Notes under the pieces: model-generated | Databases searched by the model: none | What the model was told of the DNA's origin: nothing | Seen by the model: only the letters and a program-made list of their open reading frames with translations | Position numbers and translations under genes: made by a program | Shown: one piece after another, positions 11,177-23,929 of the stretch | Layout of the letters: every line of letters starts with the position of its first letter | Position numbering within the stretch: position 1 is the stretch's first letter | Assembly (NCBI RefSeq): GCF_009914755.1 | Contig: NC_060927.1 | Origin: the human T2T-CHM13v2.0 reference genome, Homo sapiens | Reading direction: 5' to 3' (one strand) | DNA length: 64,000 nt

Positions 11177-11989
11177 AACCCAATCGAAAATACTTGTACA
11201 GAGTGAAAATTTAGGGAGAAAATTTAGAAAAGATCATTGTGGCTTTGGAGGAATCCCAGGAAGCTTTCTGCAGGAGGTGGGATCCAAAGAGTGGGTAGGA
11301 TTTTGATTTGGAAATGAAAGCCAGGAACCCTCCAGACGGAGAGAGCAGTTTAATCCAGGTGAAACCAACAACCATGCATTTGACAAGTCCGTCTGCCCAG
11401 CGGGGCGGGGTTTTCCTAGAGACAAGCCATGAGCCCTGGGGACCACCCATTAAGGACTGCCAAAGTTGGAGGAGGGGGCGTTTCCATGGCTACGGTGTGA
11501 TTAAGAAAGATGTGTGGCTCTCTGGCAAGGGCAGTATGGTGTGCTAGTTTGCACTAGAAACATCATCTGTACCAAAACCTTTGGAGCCAGAAGGTCGTCT
11601 TTGGATCATTTACTGCCACTGATGGATGAAAGCTTTCAGTTGTAAAAGAGTAAATACAGTATATTTGTTTTAATAGTTGTGTTTTATGTTTTCTTTGCTC
11701 TTATTTTTGCTTTTTCTTTGTTTTTAATTTTTTAATTGAGACAAAATATACATAACAAAAAATGTGCCCTCTGAACCAGCCTATCTTTTGTCTTAGAGTT
11801 ACCTCCAATATACAGCATCAATGCTGACTTTTTATTTGCAGAAGTTTGTAACATTTCCCTCCAAAACAATTTGTACAGAATAGATGGATCAGTTTCAAGA
11901 AAAATATGCAGAAAATAATAAAGGTGACATAAACATGGAAAAATGCAAAGATAAGAGACAAAAACCCTAAATTTTGCAAACTAGTCCAA

Positions 11990-12105
11990 TACTCTTATTT
12001 TAAGATAGCAAAGTTGCACCCAGATAAAGTAAGGGAACAGCCAAAGGTCAGGCAGCCAGTTAGGTGCAGAAACAGGATTAAAACCCAGGTCTTCTAATTC
12101 CCGTT
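11990..12105 (-). mobile_element. MIR fragment
   Basis: gccaaaggtca..cagttaggtgcagaaacaggattaaaacccaggtcttcta. Confidence 0.6.
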
Positions 12106-12699
12106 TCTACATTTTCCACTCTGGCATGATTTCCATTTTAAAGAAGGAAGAAAAACAACATATTCTTTTCTAAAACACACCTCTCCAAAGTTTTCGTCCT
12201 CCCCATTCAAAGATGCACAACAGAGAACATACCAGGTTCTTTTTCACTCACGACAAGAAAAGCCACCTTCCCTTTTAAATCAGCCTCAACGATGGTTTTC
12301 AGGGTAGAAAAGGGATTCGTATAGATGACAGGGTGTACTGGCCTAAAGAGGACACAAATCCTCTAGAAATCTGTCACCCCTGAATTCATCATTCTGCTAA
12401 CATCAGATGTCAATGCTAGAAAGGAAAGAAAAGTTGGCATTTTCATGCCAGCCTCTGCCTCTAGCTGTTCCACAGGACATGCCTGTCAAAGAGGTGGCCC
12501 GTTTTCCAAACTAAAATCTACAAGCAAAGTTGGTTTAAAAGTCATCCTGCTGAGAACTGTGAATTGGGAGATTGGCTCTGCCATGAAATGGCTGTGGATC
12601 TCCAGCCTCCTTTCTTAATCGCTCCAGGTCTCGGTTTACCCACTTTCAAACAGAGATAATAGTTCCTGTTTATTTCAATATCAGTTAAATAATCACTAA

Positions 12700-12880
12700 A
12701 CGCTTGACAACTTCACAGTTTGCAAAATGTTTCTTCTCATTTTGTAGTGTCTCATTTAAACCACACAACTGTGTCATATGGGTATTATTATTTAACAGAT
12801 TGGGTGACAGACTCCAGAAGACCATGTAACTTGTCTATAGTTGTGAGTGGCTCTGAAACCCAGATCCTGTGATCCCAGAT
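12700..12880 (-). mobile_element. MIR fragment
   Basis: tctcatttaaaccacacaac..ggtattattatttaacagat..gtaacttgtc. Confidence 0.6.
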
Positions 12881-12911
12881 CATGCATCTCAGAAGTTTAG
12901 AAGTACATCAC

Positions 12912-13180
12912 CGGCATTTTCCAAAGCATATGCTTCAGAATCCCTGTTCTCTAACTACATTGTTATTAGTTATTACTTTCTAAAAGAGGTGTCATAATCA
13001 AATAACATTGTGTTAAAAGTTTAAAGGGCTTCCTTCACAGCCATGGGACTTTAATATGAATTGTGTATCTCCAAGAGGGAATAGAATATGAGCCTTTCCA
13101 AAACTTATTTGTCAAATTACCCAATTTAGGTAGAATCTCTTTCTTAAAAATAATATTCCAGAGAATATTTGGGAAATACA
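12912..13180 (-). mobile_element. MER103C-like hAT-Charlie MITE
   Basis: ttttccaaag..tcaaataa..tttaatatg..ctccaagaggg..ccaaaacttatttg..tttgggaaa. Confidence 0.65.
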
Positions 13181-13653
13181 AAAACTATCCTATTGTAGTT
13201 ATTCTTCATTATATTATGACTTGCAGGTAGGTTGTCTGTTGCTTTATAGAAACTAGTAAACTGTGTTATCATACAGGGCACAGGCCTTTCTATAGAGACT
13301 GTCTTTCAAGTCTGTAACAATTAGACTGGTCACAGCCTATTTGCTCCAAGGAACACTGGATGACAAGGCTTTCTGTCATTACATCTGATTTATGTTCAGA
13401 TGTTTCCAAAAAAGTTGAACATTCTTTATATGTCTACATGGCCTTAGCTACATGTCTCGGGCAACCAGTATTTATTTAATGTTTGTCGTGCCTTTTATCT
13501 GTGTTTTATTATTTCTCTACATAGGCCCACTGAGTCAAGGAAGACATCTTCTTCTTCAGAGGCTGTTCAATTCCCACATGCAGTGATGAGGAAGACTGGG
13601 GTAATAAGGAAGGAATAACTCCCTCTCCTTATACAAGGTTCTGGGAAGAAACC

Positions 13654-13809
13654 ACGGGGCCAGCTTCCTGGACTTACAATCTACCTAGCATTCAGTAGCC
13701 AGTGCTTGGTTTGGTGCTGTGCCAGTACTGTCTTGAAACTCTTAATTTTTGAAAAGGGGCTTTACCTTTTCATTTGTACAGGGCCCTCCAAATTAGGTAT
13801 CCAGTCCTG
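13654..13809 (+). mobile_element. MER45A hAT-Tip100 MITE
   Basis: gggccagcttc..gcttggttt..gtcttgaaactcttaatttttgaa..gggccctccaaatta..gtcctg. Confidence 0.75.
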
Positions 13810-13824
13810 AGCAACCACTGTTTA

Positions 13825-13910
13825 ATTGTAAGCTCCATGAAGGCAAAGACCATGTCTGTCTACTCCCAGCACCTGGCATTGTGTCTAGCACAGGATGAAT
13901 ACGTCAATAG
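13825..13910 (+). mobile_element. L2 3' end
   Basis: tgtaagctccatgaaggcaaagaccatgtct..cccagcacctggca. Confidence 0.7.
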
Positions 13911-14694
13911 GTGCAAGGAAGAGGTTGCAGGGCCCAGAGGCCTTGTCCTTTCTCTCCCCAGCAAACGGGGCTAGGACTGTCCTTTCTTCTAAAGGGCATT
14001 CACATGTAAAACAGGCCCAGGCACCAAACAAGAATGAAAACTCATACACAAACTGGAGGAATCGGCCAGCACAGAAAATTAAAACCCCAGCCTGTAGAAA
14101 GACAAGCAAGAAAAGACGGGCAGCAAGCAGACACACTGTCCTCTCTCTCCAGATAATGGGACATTTTCCAGCACTTCTCGCAGCGACAGCCAATTTCAGA
14201 ACAGAATCCTGACCTGAATGTGGCGCATTTTCCTTCCTGTCCCCATCCAATATCTGCCCCCCCTTCCCATCCTTTTTAAGCCAGCTATCTCCAATCCCCA
14301 GCACCTCTCAGCTGCTAAAAGCCTGAAAGGTTTAATCTCCAAGAAGGATGCTCAAGGGCTCCGTTATCAGAGTTACTTAATTCTGCATTTGCAATGGGCT
14401 TAATCATCTGCATCAGAGCACACTCCCGCGACTCACTCACACGCGCTACCTCTCTGCTCCAGCTGAAAGTTCTTCTCACTTCATCAGCACCTCAGAAGCA
14501 TTCATAAATGCAAATGTGTACCGGCAGAAGTCAGGGTGGAGGGTTCGGTTTTGTTTTCCCGTTTTTCAATCACACCAATGTGCTAGCAACGCTGACTGAG
14601 ATTTTTTTTTAAGCCATGGCATTTTACCTCCCACCACCAATCAAATGGTTTCCAATGTCCTTTGTTTTTTTCTTTGTTCACTTTATATGACTGC

Positions 14695-14842
14695 TGTGAC
14701 AATACTTTCCATGTGGCTCTATCACCTCCAGAGGCCTCATTTCTAATGGCTGTATAATATTCCATCAAAGAGTTGTAACATTATTAAATAGGTTCTGCTT
14801 TTGTTTGTTTTTTATTATAAATAGTGCTACAATGATCATTTT
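14695..14842 (-). mobile_element. Old L1M(E) fragment
   Basis: ctaatggctgtataatattccat..attataaatagtgctacaatga. Confidence 0.65.
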
Positions 14843-15534
14843 CGAGAGCATGGGATTTAAAGAACTGCATTCAGTTTTTGGCTGTGTCTCTTCCTAGTTA
14901 TTGAGTCCCTAAAGGGGAAGCAATCGTATTCTCTAACTCAAAGCATGGCTGATGGGAAAGTGCTTTATAAACTATATGAGCACTCTACAATTATTCATTC
15001 TTTCTCGACATACCAAGCCCCATCCAAAAAGATTTACAAACACATGGTCTCTGTCCCCTGGAAATGTGCCATTGAGACAGACACCATTGAGCTCTTAAAT
15101 AAAGGAACAATGACAAAAAAGAAATGAAAAACCAGTATAAATGCTTAAGAAAAAAATCAAGCCTTCAGAAAGGCCTTATGAATTGCAAGTCACACTGTCA
15201 GGCCGTAGGTTGGCTAGTAACCAGGAAAATGGCATTTAAATGCAAGTTGATTAAAGGAGAGGCTGACAATATGGTGGCTGTATGCAAGGCATCGCCTGTG
15301 TGCTTGGAGGGGAGCATAGCTACAGCCAAGAAGGTAAACTGTGTCCCATGAGGACTCATACCATGAGCTGTAAAAAGAAAAAGTATGTGTCCTTTATATG
15401 TCACCAATATACTTTGTTTTTAAGATAAATAAGCTATATTATCAAAACTAAAATTGTTTCATTTGTATAAACTTTAGAAAGAACCTATATACAGTAAGAA
15501 TATGTTATTAATATTTAGGGGGTTGGACAAGGAT

Positions 15535-15830
15535 TCTTTCATTCACTCAATATGTATTTGTTGGTGCCTATGACATGCTATTTTGCTATATTCTAGCACA
15601 AATAGAAAGATGAAAAAGACAAGCTCCCAGCCAAAAAGGAACACACAAAAGACCATAGTAAATGTGAGTAGTGCCATCCTACAAAAGCACCTGCAAAATG
15701 TTATGGAAGCAATAAGGAGAAAGCAAGTAATTCTGCCCCCAAAAAGGCGTGGGCTGAAAAGGTCTCACAGCTGAAGCCAGTTTTGACCTGGGTCTTACTG
15801 GATGAGTAGTTTCCCAGGCAAAGAAGGAAG
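15535..15830 (-). mobile_element. L2 fragment
   Basis: ttcattcactcaatatgtatttgttggtgccta (reverse L2 tail) plus downstream L2 motifs. Confidence 0.65.
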
Positions 15831-15924
15831 ACCATGAAGGAGTGTGTGCCTCCCTGGGATAGAAAGCAGAAGAAATTTCCAGATCCCAAAAAGACAGGGT
15901 TCCAGGCAGAATTGTTCTGCGCAG

Positions 15925-16040
15925 TCCAAAGACCACGTACATCAATATTACCTGGGGTGCTTGCTTCAAATGCAGATTCCCGGGCTCCACCATAGACGTA
16001 TTGAATCCCGTGGTGGGGCCCAGCAATCTACAGCTTACTA
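15925..16040. mobile_element. MER5A fragment
   Basis: acctggggtgcttg..aaatgcagattcccgggctccacc..ggtggggcccagcaatct. Confidence 0.75.
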
Positions 16041-17024
16041 AGGTCCTTAGGCCAGGCTGACACACACTCTCATTTAAAAACCAGCAGTACCAGTAACAGA
16101 ATGGCACTTTCCAAACAAAACTCAAGTCATGACTACCCAGAGATGATCAGCTGCCAGTGGTTTGGAAATGCACCGAGGGAGGCCCTGGAGCAGAGGAGGG
16201 TCAGCATGTTGGCACCTCCCTCAAGCCAATTCCAGAGGCCTCCCTCTGCTCTTGACAATCAGCCAATCCTGGTCCAGATGGATATATTCCCCATTCAGGC
16301 ACACACCATTTTGTTGGCTTAATATTGGTTTTCTAATAGGAAGGCTCGGTGACAACAGACCAGACATGAAGGACGGTGACGGAAGCCAACCATGCCCCAC
16401 ACTTGCCCTCTCAACCACCACCTTTAACCCACAAATCAGGCTGGCACCCCCAGCCCCCAAGACCTCAGGTGAGGAAAAGGGACTGTAAGCTCCTCCGACA
16501 TCCACTGGCCACTGACCCAGTGTTGAAGCCCAGGTGATAGAAAAGCCTGGAAGCCAAGGCAGATGTTCAGCCAAATTAAGTGGTTCCAGGAGAAAATGAA
16601 AACTTGCCTGCTGAGACATCTGGTGTCCATTAACCTCCTAAGCAGAACTGCAGCAGAGCCATCTGCTGGAACAGACTCTCCAGAGGCAAGGAGCGTCCCC
16701 GCCCTGTGTGCCTCTGCCTGCTCCCAGCAAAGGCTTGGCCTTGACAAGAGAGGAAAAGACCAGTCCACTTGCCTTCAGGACCCTATAACCGGTTCCTTCC
16801 TAACTAGGGAGTCAGCAGGAAGAACAGTCAAGAGACGCCTTATGAGGCTCCAATCACCAATGACTTGGCGTTTGTCATCAGGGAGAGTACACTGACATCA
16901 AGGAGAGCTTATTCTGTATCAAGTGCATGTAACACTCAAGGAGACACGTTACAGAGACTTGAGTGCTACTGGAGGGATGTAATTCTTAAGTTGCCTAACT
17001 GATAAATAAAGAGAAAGGAAAGAC

Positions 17025-17190
17025 ACCAACATTTCATGAAGACCTACTATGGGCCAGGCAATGTGCTGTGCATTTTCAGATCCATGTATCTCATTGAATC
17101 CTTACAACAACTCTGTGCGTTGGGTGTTACTATTTGCATTTTACGAATGGCAAGGATAGGCTTCAAACTCAGGCCTTTCAACTTCCAGAA
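17025..17190 (-). mobile_element. MIR SINE
   Basis: cctactatgggccaggca..tctcattgaatccttacaacaac. Confidence 0.75.
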
Positions 17191-18484
17191 AAAAGTCGAA
17201 TGCTTCTTTTGCTAGAGGACTGTGCCACAGTGAAGCCGGTTTCTTTGGTTTGGAGGATGGGGGGAAGGGAGGCGGGGGAAGGGTTATAACAAAAGCTATT
17301 TGTGGGGCTATAACAAAAGATTATGCATGGATGGGGTTTGCTGCCTTTGATGCTTTTGAAGATGACCAGACTAAGTCTTGAAATGTATCCATAGAAACAG
17401 CTATGGCGGGAGCAGCAGCCAAATTAGCTCGCCCTTGAGGCAGTTGGACTGGGGACTCTGGAGACTCTTCCTTGATGAAGGAAGAGTGGTATTAGTGCCC
17501 ACGTTATCTGCCAGCCTTGGCCTCTTCTGTCCCCATAGCTGGACCAGCTGAAAGCTCAGCCCCCTCCCAAGACACAGCCTATCCAGACACCAAGCTTTCC
17601 ATGAAGCTAAGCCTTCGTCACCCTCTAAGCCCCAACTCCAGGGAGCTGAAAACCCTCCTGGGGCAGCTCCTGCACAGGATACCACTCTGATGTTCACTAG
17701 CCTGCCCTGCTCCAGCAAAGACCTGCACTCTAAAGTGAACTCTTGTCTGGAGCAGAGGTTTCCCTGCCAAGGCACAGACCTCCACATGGAAACTGCCTGC
17801 CTGCCCCACCCTCGAGCCCCCTCCTGGATTCCTGCCCCATCTCTGCTCACCCCCTGGAAACCCTCTGTCCACTCTGTGGGAACCCCTGAGCTGATGCTGG
17901 GCCTGAATCTCCCGCAGGCCTGGGACTCTGTGCCTCGCAGCTGAGGCTTCTAGTGTTGTCCCTGCTGGAGTCCATGCCCCATGCCAGGAGGGCAAGACCA
18001 TTTCCCCAGCTGCCCACAGTGGCTGACAGCTCCCAGCGGAGCCCCTCTCCAGAACATGCTCTAGGCTGAAGTAAGCCTCCTTCCTTTCCTTTTGTGGGAA
18101 AACCAACTGCAGTGACTGGTTGATGGGAGGGCATAAAATTCAGCCACTTCTCCCCAAGCCAGGCCAACTCCAAAAGTCACCCTAGCTTCAGCAACCCTTG
18201 TGGGATCAGCTGAGGCTTTCCAGCCCAGTTCATCTTCTCCTCTGCCCTCCTCCATAGACACCGATCCTGAGAGTAATCCTCAGGGAACTTATTGCACAGA
18301 AGTCTCTGACTCCCAGTCTGTTTCTCGGGAATCGGGTCTCATAAAGACATTTTTGTCCTCTTCAAACTGGAGGGCACCATATCCCATGCCCCCACCAGCT
18401 ATGTCCCTGCAGCTGCAGCTTGTCACTATGACCAAAACAATCACCCCCTCTCCCAAGCTCAGGAGAATCACCCTGAGCCTTGAA

Positions 18485-18590
18485 CTTGGATTCTAGTGCT
18501 AACTCTGCCACTTAGGTGCTGGGCACCCTGGGAAACCACTTAACCTCTCTGAATCAATTTCCTATCTATACATTGATAACTAAACACTGG
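18485..18590 (+). mobile_element. MIR fragment
   Basis: ctctgccactta..ctgggaaaccacttaacctctctgaatcaatttcc. Confidence 0.7.
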
Positions 18591-18679
18591 GACAGTTATC
18601 CTGAGAGTTCACAGACATTTACAACTATCTTGTTCATTTATCAAATATTAACTGAGAACCGACCACATGTTTGTTTCCA

Positions 18680-18955
18680 TCCCTCAGACCCTAGCCTAGA
18701 TGTCACTTCCTCCAGGAAGCCCTCTACAGCCCTCAAAGGAGAGATCGAGAACTCTTCTGTGCTCCTGCACCCTCTGCCCACACCCTTACTGCAGCTGCTA
18801 CCCTCTAAATTGCAATTGTCTGCTTTTTGTCTTTCCCTTATATTGGCCCCTGAGCTATAAGGGGATGGAATGTGTTTATTCAATATTGTATGCCCCTGTG
18901 CCCACCTCAGAGCCTGGAACATGGTAAAGGTTCAAAACTATTTGGGAACTAATTA
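18680..18955 (+). mobile_element. L2 3' end
   Basis: atgtcacttcctccaggaagccct..gcctggaacatggtaaaggttcaa. Confidence 0.75.
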
Positions 18956-20334
18956 AGTAATAAAGCTAGGTGCTACAGAAAAAGCAAAGGTAATACTGTG
19001 TTCACATAGCCCTTTACAACGTGCAAATGGCTTTCATACCCGGGATTTCATTTGATCCTCATAACAACCTTGTAGAGTAGGCAGGGCAGGAACCATTTTC
19101 CCTGCCCTAAGTGGTTCACTCACTGATGGGGCCTGGTCTCTGGCCTGCTAAGGCAGCATCTCTGGCCCATTCCCCCACGCCCCACCAAAACATGAGAGGA
19201 GGATGTAGATATTACCGCTACAGTTTGACACCCTAGGAAGCACTTGTCTCCACCACCACCACCCCTAGCCCTGTGGCTTCCATTATTCAGGGACCAACAC
19301 CTCAGCAGTGAATGAATGAAACCATCAAACACCGGGAACCCATCTTGGAAACTACTTAGACCCCAAGTTAGAATACTTCTTGTGACAAAATTCCAAGGGA
19401 GTAGGGCCCTGTGTGACCCTCAGAAAAGCTGGAGAAGGCAGAGGGCCTGCCAGAAAGGCCACAGAAGTGACAGCCTCAGGGCCTGGACACACAGCCCTGG
19501 ACAGAGCCTTAGCCAGGAAGCAGTGGCGTTGACAGAGCATGAAGAGAGTTCGGAGGTCACCAGGCCACTCCCCAGGCCTCCCTGACTGCCACCCCGCTCA
19601 CTCCTGGGCCTGGGCTAGACATGCCTTTGCCCCCACGGCCTTGGGCTCTGAACTGATCTCTGTTTCTGTGACAAACACTGGCTGTCTCAGCTCCCTGCAG
19701 ATCTTATCCGTTGGGAGATAAAATGGAGGAGGGAGGGTGTGTACACAACAGCTTTCTCCTAGCTGCAAAACAGAAATTCTTTTCTCCTCTGCCCCAGAGG
19801 GGGAAAACATTCTACACCCAAACGAGGTACCAACTCTCCCTAAGGTCTTTTTTTTTTTTAAGTCCTAAGTGAATGCATGATTTTTCCCTAAAGAAACTGT
19901 GGTAATACAATTAGCGATACACAGAAGGCGTAAGCCGGGCAATCACAGGCCCTCCCTACCCCCAGCCCCAGCCTTCGTAGGAGTTAGGCTTTGAAATGAA
20001 GAAATCTATTGTCGCTGGGGAGCACGGAGCTAAATCACAAATCCCAGCAGAGCGGTGACGCTGAAAACCGCCCTTTGTGGAGGCAGCCAAGAACTGCACG
20101 TTAAAGGCTGGACGTTACTGGCAGCAATGCCCAGGCCTATTCTACTCTTGGCTTGTTTAAGCTTCCATGGGCCATAAACATTGATCACCATTTAGACTAC
20201 AGCACCTTGGTGATGTAAATCACTTGTCAGCCTGGAGCTCTGGGAGAGACAATCTCCCTTCGGATCCCAGACCCAGGAAGGGGCACCCAGAAAGTTGCTG
20301 ATTATGATTCGAAAATGCGCAGTGAACACTACAC

Positions 20335-20650
20335 CAGCGCTGTCCAATCAAAACACAAAGTCACAAGTGTAATTTTAAATTTCCTAGTAGCCACACTAAA
20401 AAATTAAAAAGGGGTAAAATTAATGTTAAGATATATTTTCTTTAATACAATATGTCCAAAATAGTATTACTTTAACGTGTAATCAATATAAAAAATTATT
20501 AACAAGATATTTTCTATTCTTTTTATTTGTATTAAGTTCTCAGAATCCATCGTGGATTTTGCCCTTGCAGCACGTCTCACACGGGACTAACCACATTTCA
20601 AATGCTCAATAGCCACATGTGGCTTGGTGGCTACCATGTTGGATGGTACA
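20335..20650 (+). mobile_element. MER33 hAT-Charlie MITE
   Basis: cagcgctgtccaat..tgtaattttaaatt..ctagtagccac..tgtaatcaatataaaaaattatt..gctcaatagccacatgtggct. Confidence 0.9.
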
Positions 20651-20884
20651 ACTATCACGTTTACAGAATATATCTAATTGGTCTTTAAAACAAGCCTCCT
20701 GAAGTAAGCATTTGCATCACCACACAGAGGACAGAGCTGAGACTCAATAAATGAGTCAGCCCCACCCAAATCTAGAACCTACATCTCCTGCCTCCTGGTC
20801 CTATGTGCCTATCATTTCCCTGTGCTCAAGCAAACCAGGATAAAAACTATGGCAAAAGTAAGTCCAGTGCTTACAGAATGCAGG

Positions 20885-21396
20885 TGCATTATTCAACAGA
20901 TAGCCAAGAGATGGAAGCAACCCAAATGCCCATCATAGATAAACAGATAAACAAATGTGGTCTAGCCATACAATAGGATATTATTCAACCTTAAAAAGAA
21001 AGGAAATTCTGACACATTCTATAACGTGGATGAACCTCGAGGACATTATGCAAGTGAAATAAACCAGTCACGAAAGGTCAAACAGTGTATGATTCTACTC
21101 ATACGGGGTACCTAGAGTAGTCAGATTCACAAAGACAGAAGTAGAATAGGAGTTGCTAGGGGGTTGGGGAGGAGAAGGGGAACTAGTATTTAATGGGTGC
21201 AGAGTTTCATTTGGGGAAGATGAAAAAGTTCTGAGATGAATAGTGGTGACGGTTGCATGACAATGTGAATGAACTCAATCCCAATGAACATACACTTAAA
21301 AATGGTGAAAACTGTACATTTTATCTTCAGTATATTGTAAATAAATATTTAAAATGAAGTAAATTTTATCACAACAAAAAGAAAAGCTGTAAAAAA
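20885..21396 (+). mobile_element. L1MB 3' end inserted into a MIR
   Basis: gcattattc..atagccaa..ggaagcaacccaaatg..gaaattctgacaca; TSD aatgcagg at 20877-20884 and 21397-21404. Confidence 0.9.
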
Positions 21397-21399
21397 AAT

Positions 21400-21600
21400 G
21401 CAGGCTCTGTGCTAACCTCTACGTGCATTATTGCATTTAACCCTCACAACAAACCTACTCCATAAAACAGGTACTGTATTATCCCTGCTTTACTACTGAG
21501 GAAGCCAAGGCTTAAACACAGTAAGCGAATAATTCATGGTTCCACAGCTGACTGGTGCGGAAGCTCAGGGAGTCTGATTCCCGAGCCCATGTTTTCAATA
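21400..21600 (-). mobile_element. MIR SINE
   Basis: catttaaccctcacaacaa..tgaggaagccaaggct..gtctgattcccgagccc. Confidence 0.75.
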
Positions 21601-21689
21601 TGGCTTCCCACATGAAACTTCTCTGATCCTCAAATAGACTCATCATCTATTCTCAGCACAACAGTCACAAATCCCCCTGACTGTGCCAC

Positions 21690-22200
21690 TGTCCTGCATG
21701 GTTATGGCCCCTCGATGCCTCTCTGACCTCATCTTCTATTTCTCTCCCTTGGCTGATGGTGCTCCTGCCACAGCAGCCTCCTGAATCTTTCTTAAACCTG
21801 CTAAAAATGCCCAGGGCCATGGCACATGCTGTTTCTCCCACCTGCAAAACACTTCCACTGAGATCTGCATGGCCAGCTCACCCTTCATTCAGGTCTTAGC
21901 ACAAAGATCCCCTCACCCCAGAGGCCTCCTTTGTCCCCTCTCCCTAAAACAGGACATTCTCTCCAGCCTCCAGCCCAGCACACCGCATCCCCCTAGTCTC
22001 TTCAGTCTCCTTCATCGCACCTATCAGTGCTTAACATCATAGTATGTCCTTATTTGTCTATTTCATGACAGTCTGCCTCCCGCTCCTGAGGTAACTCCAG
22101 GAGGGCAGGGACTTTGCTTTGTTCATGCAGTATCCCTAGACCCTAAAATGGCACCTGGCACATAGTAGATGCTCAGTAAAGATTTGCTGAATGAATGACT
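21690..22200 (+). mobile_element. L2a 3' region
   Basis: tctctgacctcatct..cagggccatggcacatgctgtt..gagggcagggactttg..cctggcacatagtagatgctcagtaaagatttgctgaatgaatga. Confidence 0.9.
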
Positions 22201-22229
22201 CAATGGATCAACTTCAGCTGATCTTCACA

Positions 22230-22340
22230 TAGGGTGACCAACCATCAAGGCTCAGGGATGGAGGGGGTTCCTAGGATATAAGGTTTTCAGTGGGGAAATT
22301 AGGAAAGTCCCAGGCAAATCAGGATGAGTTGGGCACTCCA
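22230..22340 (+). mobile_element. MER81 hAT-Blackjack MITE
   Basis: tagggtgaccaacc..ggaaagtcccaggcaaatcaggatgagttgg. Confidence 0.8.
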
Positions 22341-22504
22341 TCCTTCTAACACCTTGCTTTAAGTACCGTTGTCCCTATTTTGCAGAGGAGGAAACTCAGA
22401 TCCAGAGATTAAAGAACAGGAGCTGTAACCAAATGAACTTTGAGTTCAGTTCCTGCAAGCCGGTTTTATAACCCCATGGTTTCTACTGTTTAGAGTCACA
22501 CACC

Positions 22505-22670
22505 TAGACAGTGGCAACAAAGAAAGAGAGTGCTTTGGGAAGAACTAGATTTGGGTTGAACCTGAGATCTGCTATCCACTGACTCTGGGCAAGCCATTGA
22601 GTCCTAAATCTCAAGTGCTTTAGCTGCAAAATCAAGCAAGTAATCCCAACTCAGAGGTCTATCATGATCA
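22505..22670 (+). mobile_element. MIR fragment
   Basis: tgggttgaacct..tgactctgggcaagcca..ctgcaaaat. Confidence 0.55.
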
Positions 22671-22674
22671 TCTA

Positions 22675-23074
22675 TGTATTATAGACTGGGCTCCCTGGGA
22701 AGCAAACTCGGAGATGTAGACTACCATACAGGAAGTGTATTAGGATGTGCTGTTAGTTTCAAAACCCGCGGGAGGGAGGAGAAGGAAGAAGGATTGAGCT
22801 GAGCAAGAAGCCAGGCCACACTACAGGTCCAGTAAAGGCCTCAGCAGACTCCACGGGGAAGCACTGAAGCTGAGGTTGGCCCTTTGGAGTTGTCCCAGGT
22901 TGTGGTGAGGTAGCCGGGCCTTTGGGAAGGGGATGTGATCTTGGGTGAGGCAGCTCTCTTCAGCAGAAGCAATTCTCCAAGAGGGCAGGCGGCTGAGAGC
23001 TATCATCTCACAGTAACTTCCCGGACCTGGGGATATGTCCTTCAATCCTGACGAGGGAACTCTGTGTCCACCAC
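22675..23074 (-). mobile_element. LTR16C-like solo LTR
   Basis: gggctccctgggaagcaaactc..ggcctcagc..ggagttgtccc..ggcagctctcttcagc..ccaccaca. Confidence 0.75.
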
Positions 23075-23929
23075 ACCATGCAACACATGAGGGATATTGT
23101 TGTTGTTGCTCTTATGGAACATAATTCCAGGCCAGGCCTGTCTCACTGCGGAGTCTGAGCTCCTTCTGCTCTGTTACCTGAACCTCTTGTGTTATCACTT
23201 CAACCTTACTTCCAGCAACGTCTGAACAGATCCCATCTCCCTATCCAGACAGTGAGTCCTTTGAGTGCAGGGCCCGCAAATGATTCATCTTTGTGTGGCC
23301 CCCTCCCACAGTTGCACTGGGCACCGTAGCCTTCCTGAGGAAGCAGTGAATGAGCAAGAGTATGTCCACCCTTTCCCAGACCCCCGAGATGTTTATGGGT
23401 TTTGACCATATCCTTTCTAGGCCTTCCATATCTCCAGTCCTAGTCAGTCTAGCCAACCCCCCTACAGCATCTCCCAGTGTCAAAACATCGCAGGCAGAGC
23501 AATATGAATCTAGAAACCACTTTGACTTTGGAGCTGGAGCCTGAAACCCCTCTCTTCTCCCACTGCCCCAGTTGTCTCTCCACCAGACCGAGATCCAACT
23601 GCCAAGAGTCAGCTAATTCCTGCCATGTAGCAAACAGAAAACCCACAAAGGTCTTAGGAACCCATCCACTTTTCCTGCTTTCACTCCCCGGACTCTGTTG
23701 CAATCACATGCCTTGTCTCTCATTACAAGAAAAGAGTTTGGGCAGCAGGTAAGACTAGGACCCACAGATCTTGCCAGCCATGCTCAAGTCAGTGGCCTTC
23801 TCACCATACATGTACCTTGCTGGGGATCTTGTCCTTTTCTAAAGCCCTGTTGAAATATCCCCTTATTGGTCAGTGCTAGGCCAACTCATCCAATGCTTCA
23901 GGAAGGGAGGATGGAGGGAGTCCTAGTTC

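Noticed and set aside
11620-11985. Possible old Charlie-type DNA transposon and L1M fragments
   Set aside because: Too degraded to assign a family or boundaries by eye
13505-13606. Plus-strand acceptor/donor pair (also plus-strand acceptors at ~32930 and ~47418)
   Set aside because: Such sites occur often by chance, the donors are weak, and they oppose the inferred host strand
17401-18173. Overlapping 108-162 aa ORFs
   Set aside because: GC-rich sequence with few stops; no family motifs
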